From Dehalococcoidia bacterium (GTDB taxonomy: Bacteria; Chloroflexota; Dehalococcoidia; Bin125), in NCBI GenBank assembly GCA_965215555.1, contig OZ244071.1, positions 2,304,190 through 2,368,189 of the forward strand: a DNA stretch of 64,000 bases, read 5' to 3'. Both the position numbers and the translations under genes were made by a program. The notes beneath the pieces were generated by a model. It was not told where the DNA came from and made no database searches. It saw nothing but the letters and a program-made list of their open reading frames with translations. Each line of letters opens with the position of its first letter. The first letter of the stretch is position 1. Shown here piece by piece: positions 1 through 10,265 of the stretch.

Positions 1-951
1 CGGGTCAGCACGGTGGAGAATCCCGACTTCTATTGCCTGGTGACGCATGAGCAGCCGGGAGATGAAGCATTCTGGAACCTCGTCCGACAGGGCGCCAAGC
101 GCTACGCCGAGACATCCACAGTGCTTCATCGGGTTGTTGGCGCGCCGACGGTCGATACGCAGGCCGATCTGGTGCGCGAGTGCGTTGCCGACGGTGCGGC
201 CGGGATTTCGGTGACGCTCGCCGACCCTGACGGCATGGAGGCCGCGATTCAGCATGCACGCGCGGCTGGTGTGGTCGTGCACTCGTTCAACTCTGGTGGC
301 GAGGATTTCCGGCGTGTTGGTTCAGCTCGGCATGTGGCAGTCGACGAGCTGCGAGCCGGACACACAGCCGCTTCCCTGTTCGCCGAGAACGGAGTGAATG
401 GTCGATTGCTGTGCGTGGTTCACGAAGAGCGCAATGTCGGCCTGAATGAGCGATGCGACGGTCTCGCCGAGCGGCATGGCGGAGAGGTCGAGCGGCTCAG
501 TGTGGCCGCGACCGGAGTCGCAGACTTGGCCGGATCGACCGCAAGGATCGAGGCGCGATTGGCTGATCCCGAAGCGCCACAGGTTGCCGGTGTTCTGGCG
601 CTCAACTCGCAGGTGGCGCTGGCTGCCCGTGACGCAATCGCTACGGCTGGTGGCGAAACGGCGCTGGCCACGTTCGACCAGAGCACGGCGGTCATGCAGG
701 CGATCCTGGATGGTGAGATCTTGTTCGCCATCGACACGGTGCCCTGGCACCAGGCCTGGTATGCCATGAGTTCGCTGACTGCAGATGTCTACGCCATCCG
801 GATCCTGGTAGACCTGTACGACCTTGAGGATCCCTACCGGATCATCCCCAACGTCGGCGTGCGGATCGAGCCGGAGATTTTCACCACAGAGAACGCCCGC
901 GACTGGCTTGAAGTGATCGATCTGATCAACCAGATCAACGTCGGAGGCTAA
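1..951 (+). CDS. Sugar-type ABC substrate-binding protein (periplasmic binding protein type 1 / LacI-RbsB fold), 5' partial
   Basis: Frame +1 is open from base 1 to TAA at 949-951. Motifs VTHEQPGDEAFWNLVRQGAKRYA, GISVTLADPDGMEAAIQHARAAGVVVHSFNSG and TFDQSTAVMQAILDGEILFAIDTVPWHQAW are typical of RbsB-like binding proteins. Confidence 0.75.
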   Translation, partial: RVSTVENPDFYCLVTHEQPGDEAFWNLVRQGAKRYAETSTVLHRVVGAPTVDTQADLVRECVADGAAGISVTLADPDGMEAAIQHARAAGVVVHSFNSGGEDFRRVGSARHVAVDELRAGHTAASLFAENGVNGRLLCVVHEERNVGLNERCDGLAERHGGEVERLSVAATGVADLAGSTARIEARLADPEAPQVAGVLALNSQVALAARDAIATAGGETALATFDQSTAVMQAILDGEILFAIDTVPWHQAWYAMSSLTADVYAIRILVDLYDLEDPYRIIPNVGVRIEPEIFTTENARDWLEVIDLINQINVGG

Positions 952-1025
952 GTTCCACTCCCCGGCGATTCCGCTCTCGCCGGCTCAGCTTGGATTCCAG
1001 CTCCTGGAGTCCGCTCATGCGGACT

Positions 1026-2282
1026 TTAGAAGTGGTTCATGCAGTGCATGGCGTACTCGGTCGCGAAGAGGTGGTCGGCGCGGATGAGTGGCGCGGCGTC
1101 GCTTGCTTCGATCCGACCCAGCCGATGCGCATAGGTCGCGGTCTGCGCTCCGGTTGCGAGATGTGCGAGGGTGAACGCGTCCATGGTCAGTTGCGGCGTG
1201 GCGTCTACCTGGCGAATGTCCGCTCCTTCAGGACCGGTCGATAGCTTCCAGGTGCCCTGGTTCCAGTCGCAGAGATCGTCGATCACGCGGAATGTCAGCT
1301 CGGATTCCACTCCGTACTTGCGTGTCATCAACGCACGCGGGAGATCGACGATACGGACCAGGATGCCGTCCGCGACATCGACGCGCAGCGTCCGTGGGTC
1401 GCGAGCGAAGTGCTGGATCGGATCGTCGGACGGCGCGTCGTTCACGTAAATCCGGTAGACGAGATCCTGTCCTGCGGCGAACTGCCACATGGCGACGTAC
1501 GCCGCGGGGGTGAGCCAACCGTATTCGCGGATGGTCATGCGTTGGTCGCGCTGACCGGCGCTGAGCGCGTTCAGCGATCGGTCCTCACAGCTCGTGTAGA
1601 CCATGTACCCCAGCGTCTCGCCCTGCTCCTCGTAGAGCAGCACACGAACGGGCCCCTCGGTGATGTCGTCCGGCTCGGACAGCACCTCGGCGCTCCACAG
1701 ATTGAGGCCACGATGCAGCAGGCCGTTACGGGGCTGCATGTACTGGCGGTAGAGGTCGCGGATCACTTGCGCGTCGTCAGGTAGGTCCTTGGCGTTCGTG
1801 ACGCTCAGTTGTCCTGTCGGCGTCGGAGCCTGGACGAAGTTCAGATCGAGCGGGTCAATTTCGTACTTGTGGCGTCTGGAGCAGATCGCGTAGCCGAAGC
1901 GCTGGTAGATGCCGGCCTGCGAGGCATACAGCGCGGCCAGCGACTGTCCGCGCTCATACTGCTCGTCCAACGAGTGTTCCATGGCGAAGCGCAAGTAGCC
2001 GCGCCTGCGCTTGGTCGGGTCGGTGCCGACGGCCGTGACGCCGGCAACGTGCGCTCGTTCGCCATTGAAGCGCATCGAGAACGGCCAGGCGCCGTAGGTC
2101 GTGGCCAGCGAGCCGTGTTCGAACACACAGGTCGACCACTCGGGCTGGAGGAAGGTGACCGGATCGCGCTTTGGGTTGCCGTGTTCCTGCAGCGTCAGGT
2201 TGGCGATGAAGCGGAAATCTTCCATTTCTTCGGCGTTGGCGGCTCGGACTTCGACTCCGGCGGGTATCTCGCGACGCGTCAT
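1026..2282 (-). CDS. eis: Eis-family GNAT acetyltransferase (two GNAT domains plus SCP2-like C-terminus)
   Basis: Start reassigned to ATG 2282 (MTRREIP...). Acetyl-CoA motif VTAVGTDPTKRRRGYL, ALYASQAGIYQRFGY, and C-terminal LTFRVIDDLCDWNQGTW. Confidence 0.85.
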   Translation of the reverse strand: MTRREIPAGVEVRAANAEEMEDFRFIANLTLQEHGNPKRDPVTFLQPEWSTCVFEHGSLATTYGAWPFSMRFNGERAHVAGVTAVGTDPTKRRRGYLRFAMEHSLDEQYERGQSLAALYASQAGIYQRFGYAICSRRHKYEIDPLDLNFVQAPTPTGQLSVTNAKDLPDDAQVIRDLYRQYMQPRNGLLHRGLNLWSAEVLSEPDDITEGPVRVLLYEEQGETLGYMVYTSCEDRSLNALSAGQRDQRMTIREYGWLTPAAYVAMWQFAAGQDLVYRIYVNDAPSDDPIQHFARDPRTLRVDVADGILVRIVDLPRALMTRKYGVESELTFRVIDDLCDWNQGTWKLSTGPEGADIRQVDATPQLTMDAFTLAHLATGAQTATYAHRLGRIEASDAAPLIRADHLFATEYAMHCMNHF

Positions 2283-2423
2283 GTGGGCTCCTTGGCAGTG
2301 TGGACATCCTGAGGCTATCAACGACACGAGTTTTGGAGCATTGTCCGGATGCTGCCCGTGAAACCCGTCAACTACCGATTGAGGTTCTATAGTGAATTTT
2401 GGTTGGCTGGCAGGCTGGACGTC

Positions 2424-3164
2424 ATGAAAATACTCATCGCTGATGACGAGCCCCACATCCGTGAGTTAGTCCGGCTGTACCTCTCGCGAGAGGGATACGA
2501 GCTGGAGTTCGCTTCCGACGGTCAGGAGGCCCTCGAGAAAGCGGTCATGCTGCAACCTGACCTGGTGGTGCTTGACCTGATGATGCCCAAGCTAGACGGC
2601 TTTGAGGTGACTAAGGGGATCCGGCAGGATTCCGATGTCCCCATCCTGATGCTCACGGTGCGACGTGAGGACGCCGTTAAGGTCGCCGGCTTCGAGCTCG
2701 GCGCCGACGACTACCTGACCAAACCGTTCAACCCCAAGGAACTGGTCGCGAGGGTGAAGGCGATTTTGCGCCGCGCCGACGGGATCTCTCGCTCGGGCGT
2801 CGAGGTTGCGGTCGGCAGTCTGACGTTGAATCGGCAGACGCGCGAAGCTGATCTTGGTGGAACCTCGCTGAAGCTTCGGACGAAAGAGTTCGACCTGCTA
2901 TTCGCGTTGGCGCAAAATTTGCAGACGGTGATGTCTCGCGAGCAGCTGCTGTCGTTGGTGTGGGGCTACACCTTCAGTGGTGAAACGCGCACCGTTGACG
3001 TGCATATCAATCATCTCCGTCAGCACCTGCGTGACAGTGACCTGCAAATCGAAACGCTGCGCGGAGTTGGCTACAAGATGACCATGCGCCACAACCCGTC
3101 TGGTCTCTCCCTGTCATCCAATGGCGACGCCAGCGCCCTGTCGCTCAACGGTGACACCAACTAG
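2424..3164 (+). CDS. OmpR/PhoB-family response regulator
   Basis: MKILIADDE, phospho-acceptor DLVVLDLMMP, GADDYLTKPF, and winged helix RTVDVHINHLR...IETLRGVGYK. Start ATG 2424. Confidence 0.95.
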   Translation: MKILIADDEPHIRELVRLYLSREGYELEFASDGQEALEKAVMLQPDLVVLDLMMPKLDGFEVTKGIRQDSDVPILMLTVRREDAVKVAGFELGADDYLTKPFNPKELVARVKAILRRADGISRSGVEVAVGSLTLNRQTREADLGGTSLKLRTKEFDLLFALAQNLQTVMSREQLLSLVWGYTFSGETRTVDVHINHLRQHLRDSDLQIETLRGVGYKMTMRHNPSGLSLSSNGDASALSLNGDTN

Positions 3165-3200
3165 TCCGCAGCGGCACACGTTGCCAACAGGGCGAATCCA

Positions 3201-4766
3201 ATGATCCCCGGCATGCAGCGACGGCTACCGGCTCCGGGTTGGCCGGGCTTGCAGTTCAGCACGATTCGTTCCCGAATTTATGTGACCCTGGTCGCGATCG
3301 TTCTGCTGACCCTCGTCGTGGTTGGCCTGATCAGCTTCCTGTTGCTGGGCGGGTACCAGGACCGTGTCGAGCAATCTCGACTGCGTGAGCTCGCAACTGC
3401 CTGGGGTCCTGAGCTGTTCACGGAGGAGTGGGAAGGTCGCGAGCCGGACAATCTGCTGCGTCCCGAGAATCTGCTGCGCAGCTTCCAGACCGAGCGACGA
3501 CTGTCCGGCTCCATCGTGAGCGAGCTGGACGTTCCGGTGCTCGGTGTCACATCGTCAGGCGAGGTTGTGCGGGTGCTCGAGTCTGGCGATCGCTTCCTCG
3601 GCGAACAGCTTGAGTTTGATTTCGGCGCACTGGACACGAACCAGGTGGTAGAAGGACAGATCACCACGGAGGACGGCGAACGCCTGGCTTACGTCCTGAC
3701 CAGCCTGCCCAAGGAGGAAGAGGAGCGGCAAGGGTACTGCTGTGTCGTCGTGGCCCTGGTCGGCGAGTCGAGAGGCGCGCTGTTGGCGGATCTGGCGCCG
3801 AACCTGCTCAGCGCGGGCGCAATAGCATTGGTGGTCGCCTCGCTTGTGGGCTTCCTCGTGTCTCGCTCGATCTATCGGCCGATCCAGCGAGTAGCGGCTG
3901 CATCGCGCAGCGTGGCGCGCGGACAGTTGCAGCAACGCGTCGATGTCGGCGGGTCGCAGGAAGCGCAGGAACTGGCCCGTTCGTTCAATCAGATGACTGA
4001 AGAGGTTGAACGTCAACAGACCGCGCTAAGGGACTTTCTGGCCAATGTTTCGCACGATCTGCAGACCCCGCTGACGTCGATCAACGGCTTCTCTCAAGCG
4101 CTGATGGACGATGTGGTCAAGGGCGACGAGCAGCGGAACGCCTACCGAATCATCGAGGACGAGTCGCGCAGGCTGCTGCGACTGGTGGAAGGACTGTTGG
4201 ATCTGTCGCGGATCGAGGCCGGACAGGTCCAGGTCGAATCGAATCCAGTGGACGTTGTTTCCCTGCTCGATCACGTCGGTGATCTGTTCGCGCTGAGGGC
4301 GCAGGAGCTTGATGTCAGTCTGTCGGTCGTTCCATCGGATGTGGGCGATGTGCTCGGTGATTGGGATCGTCTGGACCAGGTACTGGGCAACCTGCTCGAC
4401 AACGCGTTACGCCACACACCGCCGGGCGGCAACGTACAGTTGAGCGCACAGAGCGAGAGTCGAACCAGCGTGTCGATCGCGGTCGCCGACACGGGCGTCG
4501 GCATTCCCGAGGAAGCAATCCCCAACCTGTTCGACCGCTATTACAAGTCGGATCGGCCTGGTGCGCAAGGCGGCACCGGACTTGGTCTGGCGATTGCGCG
4601 CGAGCTTGTGCGAGCGCAAGGAGGCGAGATTCGGGTGTCGAGTGCGCAGGGGGTCGGCACAACCTTCCACATCGTGCTGCTCGCGGCTCGCGACGACGAG
4701 TTCGTCGACGATCTGGCCGAAGCGAGCGCGGATGCGAAAGACCGCTCCAACCAGGAGAACGAGTAA
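3201..4766 (+). CDS. Membrane sensor histidine kinase (2 TM, HAMP, HisKA, HATPase)
   Basis: H-box NVSHDLQTPLTSI, N-box NLLDNALRHT, G1 DTGVGI, G2 GGTGLGLAIA. Two hydrophobic segments flank an extracytoplasmic loop. Confidence 0.95.
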   Translation: MIPGMQRRLPAPGWPGLQFSTIRSRIYVTLVAIVLLTLVVVGLISFLLLGGYQDRVEQSRLRELATAWGPELFTEEWEGREPDNLLRPENLLRSFQTERRLSGSIVSELDVPVLGVTSSGEVVRVLESGDRFLGEQLEFDFGALDTNQVVEGQITTEDGERLAYVLTSLPKEEEERQGYCCVVVALVGESRGALLADLAPNLLSAGAIALVVASLVGFLVSRSIYRPIQRVAAASRSVARGQLQQRVDVGGSQEAQELARSFNQMTEEVERQQTALRDFLANVSHDLQTPLTSINGFSQALMDDVVKGDEQRNAYRIIEDESRRLLRLVEGLLDLSRIEAGQVQVESNPVDVVSLLDHVGDLFALRAQELDVSLSVVPSDVGDVLGDWDRLDQVLGNLLDNALRHTPPGGNVQLSAQSESRTSVSIAVADTGVGIPEEAIPNLFDRYYKSDRPGAQGGTGLGLAIARELVRAQGGEIRVSSAQGVGTTFHIVLLAARDDEFVDDLAEASADAKDRSNQENE

Positions 4767-4767
4767 C

Positions 4768-5517
4768 GTGCCTCGCTGGTTGGTCCTGGCGGGACTGATC
4801 GCGATTGCCGCCTGGGCAGCGGCGACCGTTGCTGCGTGCAATGGAGACGCGCAACCCCCTGAGCAGGATCCGGTTGACCAAACCCAGACTGAGCGGCCGC
4901 CTCCGGATCAATCGACGCCGCCCACATTGCAACCCAGCGACGGCTTCACGTTGGAAGTTCCCGACGAGGTGGTTGGAGAGCACCTGGAAGCCACCGGGAT
5001 CTCAGTGCCGCTGGATCTGTTGCTGCAGGAATCGGACGATGCAGAGGTCGGCGCGTTGCCTCAACGGGCGAAAGCCTCGGTGGGCCTGCTGTATCAACCC
5101 ACGCTGGAAAGCCAGACGCAAGAGACATTCTGGTTTCATGTCATTACCGACGAATCTGAGCAGGCAGCCGTCGACTGGGTCAAGTACCTGGCGTCGCAGC
5201 CGCCGTCGCTCATGCGCTTCATCGCGCCGCATCCCGATCTGATCTCTGCCGAGTTTCGGCCGACACCCGTTGTCGGAGACGCCGCAGTCTCGATCCAACT
5301 GATTTCGGGCCATAGCGGCGGGTGTTGGTTGTCCGAGCTGCTCGTCTTTGCCCAACGGAACGCGCTCGTCTTCCTCAAGAATGCCATCGAAATCACGGCT
5401 CAGGAGGGCAATGTCGAGGGGTCAGCGTTGTGCGACGAGACCAGAGCGCAGTTTCAGTTGACCGATATCGATGCAATCGCACGATTGATCTCCGAACGCT
5501 TGTCAACAGCCCCATAG
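4768..5517 (+). CDS. Hypothetical lipoprotein
   Basis: GTG 1 nt after the kinase stop. Hydrophobic signal ending VAAC (lipobox), then a Pro/Gln-rich linker and a globular domain. Confidence 0.6.
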   Translation: MPRWLVLAGLIAIAAWAAATVAACNGDAQPPEQDPVDQTQTERPPPDQSTPPTLQPSDGFTLEVPDEVVGEHLEATGISVPLDLLLQESDDAEVGALPQRAKASVGLLYQPTLESQTQETFWFHVITDESEQAAVDWVKYLASQPPSLMRFIAPHPDLISAEFRPTPVVGDAAVSIQLISGHSGGCWLSELLVFAQRNALVFLKNAIEITAQEGNVEGSALCDETRAQFQLTDIDAIARLISERLSTAP

Positions 5518-5536
5518 GCTTCGGTTAAGACATCGC

Positions 5537-6640
5537 GTGTACAGTCCGTTAACCTGTATCGCTAGAGTCGGTACGATTGATCGCGCCACCTTGGACGATC
5601 ATGTGGGCAGTCTGATCGGGCAGAGCGGGAGGGCAACGGGGGCCGTGCGTCGGGTGCAAAGCATCAGCCGTCGAGAAGCGATAGGCGCCGTGAGCTGGGC
5701 CGCGTTGGCGGTCGGCATTGTTGCCGTGCTCCTGCGCCAGACCGTCTCTCTCGAACCTGTCGTCTTTGCTCCAATCAGCGGGATCGCCGTCCTGGCCGTG
5801 TTCGTCCTGGCACCCCGATGGCCCGACTGGGGCATCCTCGTCGCCTATGTCGTCGCGATGGCGTTCTTCATTCAGCTCCGCGACGCGGCCGATGAAACCG
5901 GATTGCGCACCCTGACCGCCTACGTGCTGGATTGGGAGCTCTGGATGTTCGCCGGCGTCACGCCGTCTGCCTGGTTGCAGGCGCGTATCGGTGGAGCCGG
6001 CTCGGATCCTGGACTGCCTGCGTATTTCTCCGCGTTCATTCACTGGACCTGGTTTGTGTTCCCTCATGCAGCCGTGCTGGGCGCGTGGCTCTTTGTCCGC
6101 AAGATGGCATGGCGCGTGACGATCATCGTCGCGCTGACCTTCTACCTCGGCGTGTTGCTCTACTTCACGGTTCCAACGGCGCCACCCTGGATGGCCTCGG
6201 ATCAGGGACTCGTTGACGGAATCGCACGCGGCATGAACGCGGTCGGTCCCGCCATTCTCGGTGTCGACCTGTACAACTGGGCCTTTGCCACCATGGCGGA
6301 ACCGAATCCAATTGCTGCGATGCCGTCGCTCCACTTCGCCGCGTCGTTTGTGGTGGTCGGCGTCGGTATCGTCCTGCGCTCGCGCTGGGTGGTGGCGGTG
6401 GCGCTGCTCTACTCGGCAGCGTTGACATTCTCCCTGGTCTACTTGGGCGAGCATTACATTGCCGACATCCTGGCCGGTGGGGTGGTGGCCTTCATCGCAT
6501 TCTCGGCGGTCGAGGGCGGTCGCTACGTGCGAGCACAGCTCATGCTGCGCCGCACCCAACTCAGCGCCAGCGGCCAACGCATAGCCCAATGGCTGCGAGA
6601 GGCCCTGCGGTTACCGCCGTCTCGAATCGAGGCAGGCTAG
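5537..6640 (+). CDS. PAP2-like / inositol-phosphorylceramide synthase (AUR1/PAP2_3)-family membrane protein
   Basis: Multi-TM protein with motifs PTAPPW, PNPIAAMPSLH and LVYLGEHYIADILAG. The true start is uncertain and may be downstream. Confidence 0.75.
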   Translation: MYSPLTCIARVGTIDRATLDDHVGSLIGQSGRATGAVRRVQSISRREAIGAVSWAALAVGIVAVLLRQTVSLEPVVFAPISGIAVLAVFVLAPRWPDWGILVAYVVAMAFFIQLRDAADETGLRTLTAYVLDWELWMFAGVTPSAWLQARIGGAGSDPGLPAYFSAFIHWTWFVFPHAAVLGAWLFVRKMAWRVTIIVALTFYLGVLLYFTVPTAPPWMASDQGLVDGIARGMNAVGPAILGVDLYNWAFATMAEPNPIAAMPSLHFAASFVVVGVGIVLRSRWVVAVALLYSAALTFSLVYLGEHYIADILAGGVVAFIAFSAVEGGRYVRAQLMLRRTQLSASGQRIAQWLREALRLPPSRIEAG

Positions 6641-6669
6641 CCTCCGCTTGAATACCGGCGGAGTGATCG

Positions 6670-7725
6670 ATGACGGTACGGATTCCAGGTTGGGCGACCG
6701 GTCGCGTCGCGCGTCTGGTGTTGGGAATGGGCGGCAGCAGCGCCTTCCTGGTGTTGTTCCTCCGAAATGCAGATTTCCATCAAGTTGGCCGCGCGTTCAC
6801 CGAGGTCTCCGCCTGGTGGATCGGTCCGGCGCTCGTTGTCTACTTCGCCGGTATCGCCGCGCGAGCTTGGCGCTGGCACTGGTTGCTGCTGCACATCAAA
6901 CACGTCTCCTGGTGGCGCCTGTTTCCGATCGTCGCGATTGGATTTGGCGTCAACAATGTCCTGCCGCTTCGGGCGGGAGAGTTTGTCCGTGCGCACGTCC
7001 TCTATCAACGCCACGACATCTCCCGGCTGACCGGGCTCTCCAGCATCTTCATGACGCGGGTCTACGACGGGCTGATGCTGACGTTCTTTCTCGTGATCGG
7101 CGTGATTGCCAGCCTGGTCGGGCTCTGGGGCATGACCGATGCCGGCGACGAGTTGACAGGGGCCATGTCGTTCCTGGTCTTTGGGATCACGGGCGCCTTT
7201 CTCGTCTTCGGGGCGATTGCGCGTCGCCCTGATGACGCTGAGCGGATCAGTGGCCGACTATTGGCTCGGTTGCCGGGCCAGTCCGAGCGCGAATGGACCT
7301 GGCTGCGCCCGCTGATCACCGGGATGTCGGCGCAGGCCAACCGCAAGCAAGTGACCGGCGCGCTGGTTGCCAGCCTGATCGCCTGGGCGCTGGAAGCGTT
7401 GATGTACTGGATGGTCGGGCAGGCCTTCAACCTAGGGTTGCCGTTTCCCGTGTATCTGCTGGTCGCGGCGGCAGCGAACCTGTTGATTACCGCGCCGTCA
7501 ACGGCCGGCGGCGTGGGTCCGTTTGAGTGGGCTGTCAAGGCGACACTACTGATCTGGCTTCCAACCCTGGGGACAATGGGCACGCAGGACGCCGAGTCGA
7601 CAGCGGTGGCCTTTGCCGCCATTCTCCATGCTCTGGTGCTCATTCCTATCTCTCTGACCGGCCTAATCTTCCTCTGGGTGTTTCAGGTTGCCCCGCAACG
7701 TCGGATGCTGCAGCCCGAGTCGTAA
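6670..7725 (+). CDS. Lysylphosphatidylglycerol-synthase TM / flippase-like (UPF0104/AglD2) protein
   Basis: About 8 TM. Motifs RAWRWHWLL, NNVLPLRAGEFVR, TRVYDG and APSTAGGVGPFE. Confidence 0.8.
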   Translation: MTVRIPGWATGRVARLVLGMGGSSAFLVLFLRNADFHQVGRAFTEVSAWWIGPALVVYFAGIAARAWRWHWLLLHIKHVSWWRLFPIVAIGFGVNNVLPLRAGEFVRAHVLYQRHDISRLTGLSSIFMTRVYDGLMLTFFLVIGVIASLVGLWGMTDAGDELTGAMSFLVFGITGAFLVFGAIARRPDDAERISGRLLARLPGQSEREWTWLRPLITGMSAQANRKQVTGALVASLIAWALEALMYWMVGQAFNLGLPFPVYLLVAAAANLLITAPSTAGGVGPFEWAVKATLLIWLPTLGTMGTQDAESTAVAFAAILHALVLIPISLTGLIFLWVFQVAPQRRMLQPES

Positions 7726-7766
7726 TCTGGGTAGAGCATGTGTCGGCTGGAGGAGGGCTGGATCTG

Positions 7767-8975
7767 ATGACAACCCAGGATGGACCATTGGACGGAATTC
7801 GCGTCGTCGACCTGTCGGCGTTGGCGCCGGGACCGTACTGCTCGATGTTGCTGGCCGATATGGGTGCGGAAGTGATTCTGATCGAGCAGGCCGGACGACC
7901 GCGCGGTCGCCGAGACATCGCAGGTAAAGACCCCAACGAAGAGCGACGACGCTACTCCTCCTACGCACTCGGACGAGGCAAGCGCTCGATTGGGCTCAAC
8001 CTGAAGTCTGACGAGGCCCGTGAGATTTTCTACCAGCTCTCCGACAGCGCCGATGTCGTGCTCGAGGGATTCCGTCCTGGAGTAGTCAATCGCCTCGGCG
8101 TCGACTGGGACACGCTCTCGGCGAGGAATCCGAAACTGGTGTATTGCTCGCTCTCGGGATTCGGGCAAACGGGTCCGTATGCCTCGCATGTGGGACACGA
8201 CATCAACTACATCGCCACTGCTGGCGCATTGGGCATGATCGGCGACTACGCCACTGGCGGTCGCCCGGCGATTCCGGTCAACATCATCGCCGACTTCGCC
8301 GGCGGCGGTCTGATGGCGGCGTTTGCCATCGTCTGCGCCATCCAGGCGCGGGAACGCACTGGCGAGGGACAGTACATCGACCTCGGGATGTCGGATGGAG
8401 CGATGTCGCTGATCACATCGGCGATGGCTGGCTACGAGGGCGCCGGGGCCGACATGCGACCCGCGCGGCACGTGCTCAATGGCGGCGAGCCGCATTACCA
8501 GGTCTACGAGACGGCCGACGGGCGTTGGTTCTCGGTGGGTTCGATGGAGCCGTACTTCTACGCCAACCTGTGCCGGGCGCTGGAGCTCGATCAATTCATC
8601 GATGACCAGGGCACGTCGAACGTCGAGCGGCGCGAGGAAATGCGTGCGGCGTTTGCCTCGGCATTCAAGACTCGCACCGCCGATGAATGGCACGAGCTAC
8701 TCAACGATGTCGATGTTTGCGCCAAGCCGGTTCTCAGCCTCGAGGAAGCGATGCACGACGAGCACAACATTGCCCGTGAGATGGTGGTCGAAGTCCCCAC
8801 TCCCGACGGCGGCGTCATGCGGCAGGCGGGAGTTGCTCCAAAACTGTCCGCGACGCCAGGTCGGGTTCGTGGAGGCGCCCCGAGTCGGGGGCAAGACACG
8901 GACGCGCTGTTGTCGACGCTGGGATACGACGCCGACGTTGTCGCTTCGTTGCGGGAACGCGAAATCATCGCTTGA
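7767..8975 (+). CDS. Family III CoA-transferase (CaiB/BaiF, AMACR-like)
   Basis: PLDGIRVVDLS, RGKRSIGLNLK, EGFRPGV, GHDINY, ADFAGG. Start ATG 7767. Confidence 0.92.
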   Translation: MTTQDGPLDGIRVVDLSALAPGPYCSMLLADMGAEVILIEQAGRPRGRRDIAGKDPNEERRRYSSYALGRGKRSIGLNLKSDEAREIFYQLSDSADVVLEGFRPGVVNRLGVDWDTLSARNPKLVYCSLSGFGQTGPYASHVGHDINYIATAGALGMIGDYATGGRPAIPVNIIADFAGGGLMAAFAIVCAIQARERTGEGQYIDLGMSDGAMSLITSAMAGYEGAGADMRPARHVLNGGEPHYQVYETADGRWFSVGSMEPYFYANLCRALELDQFIDDQGTSNVERREEMRAAFASAFKTRTADEWHELLNDVDVCAKPVLSLEEAMHDEHNIAREMVVEVPTPDGGVMRQAGVAPKLSATPGRVRGGAPSRGQDTDALLSTLGYDADVVASLREREIIA

Positions 8976-8987
8976 GTTCGTGCGCCG

Positions 8988-10265
8988 TTACGGGTCCACA
9001 AGGTCGTGATGGGCTCGACGCCATCCGGCCCAGAAGACGATTCCGCTGGACAACAACAGTGCGAAGGCCAGAGCGAATCCGGCCTGGAAATCAACAGCGT
9101 CCACGAGGACGGAGGCTGAACCGATCACGATTGTGATCATCACGGCCGTGATTAGTGAGAAGACTGAGAGCACTGTCGCCCGCTGGTCGGATGGGATGCG
9201 TCGGTTGATGTAGCCGCCAGCGAGCGGTTGCACGACCGCTGTACAAGCGGCCAAGAGCGCGAATGAGGCGACGATGGCCAGATGGTCAACGACGAGCAAG
9301 GGCAAGAAGACCAAGACGCCGACTACCAGCACCGTTGGCAACGCCCGGCGTTCCCCGAGCCGTGCGGCCAGCGGAGCGGCCACGATGGCCCCGAGCATCA
9401 AGCCGACGAACGAGGGCAGCATGAACGCGGAGTAGGTCAGTCCCTCAATCAACGTGATGGCAGGATCCACGCCGTGCGAACGGACAACGGGTTGGATGAA
9501 GAACTCGGGGAGATCGAGCGTGGCGAGCAGGATGCCAGCGAAGAGGATCGCCCAGAGTACCGGGCGGGTTCGCAGGGCGATTCTCAGTCCAGTGCGAATC
9601 TCGCTGAGGACTGCGGCGCCTGAGACGTGCGATGCCGATTGCGCACCCGTGTCGCTGAAGTCCGATTCGCGTCTCGGCGGTTCGCGCAGGGCTAAGGCGA
9701 GCAGGCCGGCCAATCCCATTCCCGCTGCGCTGATGATGATCACGGTGCGAAAGTCGAGCACCGAAACCAGTGGGCCAGCAAGGATCGTGGCGGCCAACAA
9801 GGACGCGGTCGCCACAGCGCTGGCACGACCGGCGTGGCGCTCGTACTCGTCAGTGCGCTTGAGTTGTCTGAGGCTGTCGTAGAGCAGCGCATCGTCTGAG
9901 CCGGACATGAGGGTGCGGGTGATCGACATGAGTAGGTGACCGAGGATCAGGCTGGGGAAGTTGAGCGTGGCAAAGAGCACCGTCGCTGCGGCGAAGCCCA
10001 GCGCTCCGATACCCAGGGCCACCCGGCGACCAAAGCGATCGGCGATCGCGCCGGTCGGAACCTCTGCCAAGATGGTCGCGATCCCGAACAGGACTTCCAT
10101 GAACCCGATCTGGACATAAGACAGTCCATGCTGGGATTGCAGGAAGAGGAACCAGACTGGCAGCCAGAAATGGAATCCGCGAACGAACTGGAAGCTGTAG
10201 TAGATCGGAATGTTGCGGGCGAATGGACTGCGAGCCGACACGCCGTCCGTCGGCGAGCTACTCAT
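8988..10265 (-). CDS. MFS transporter (paralogue 3 of tandem triplet)
   Basis: About 12 TM. MFS motif A EVPTGAIADRFGRR, plus SGSDDALLYD and RRIPSDQRATVLS. Confidence 0.9.
   Translation of the reverse strand: MSSSPTDGVSARSPFARNIPIYYSFQFVRGFHFWLPVWFLFLQSQHGLSYVQIGFMEVLFGIATILAEVPTGAIADRFGRRVALGIGALGFAAATVLFATLNFPSLILGHLLMSITRTLMSGSDDALLYDSLRQLKRTDEYERHAGRASAVATASLLAATILAGPLVSVLDFRTVIIISAAGMGLAGLLALALREPPRRESDFSDTGAQSASHVSGAAVLSEIRTGLRIALRTRPVLWAILFAGILLATLDLPEFFIQPVVRSHGVDPAITLIEGLTYSAFMLPSFVGLMLGAIVAAPLAARLGERRALPTVLVVGVLVFLPLLVVDHLAIVASFALLAACTAVVQPLAGGYINRRIPSDQRATVLSVFSLITAVMITIVIGSASVLVDAVDFQAGFALAFALLLSSGIVFWAGWRRAHHDLVDP

Noticed and set aside
2283-2456. Upstream extensions of eis (to 2456) and of the response regulator (from 2349)
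   Set aside because: They overlap each other across a divergent promoter region. Family-typical starts are at 2282 and 2424.
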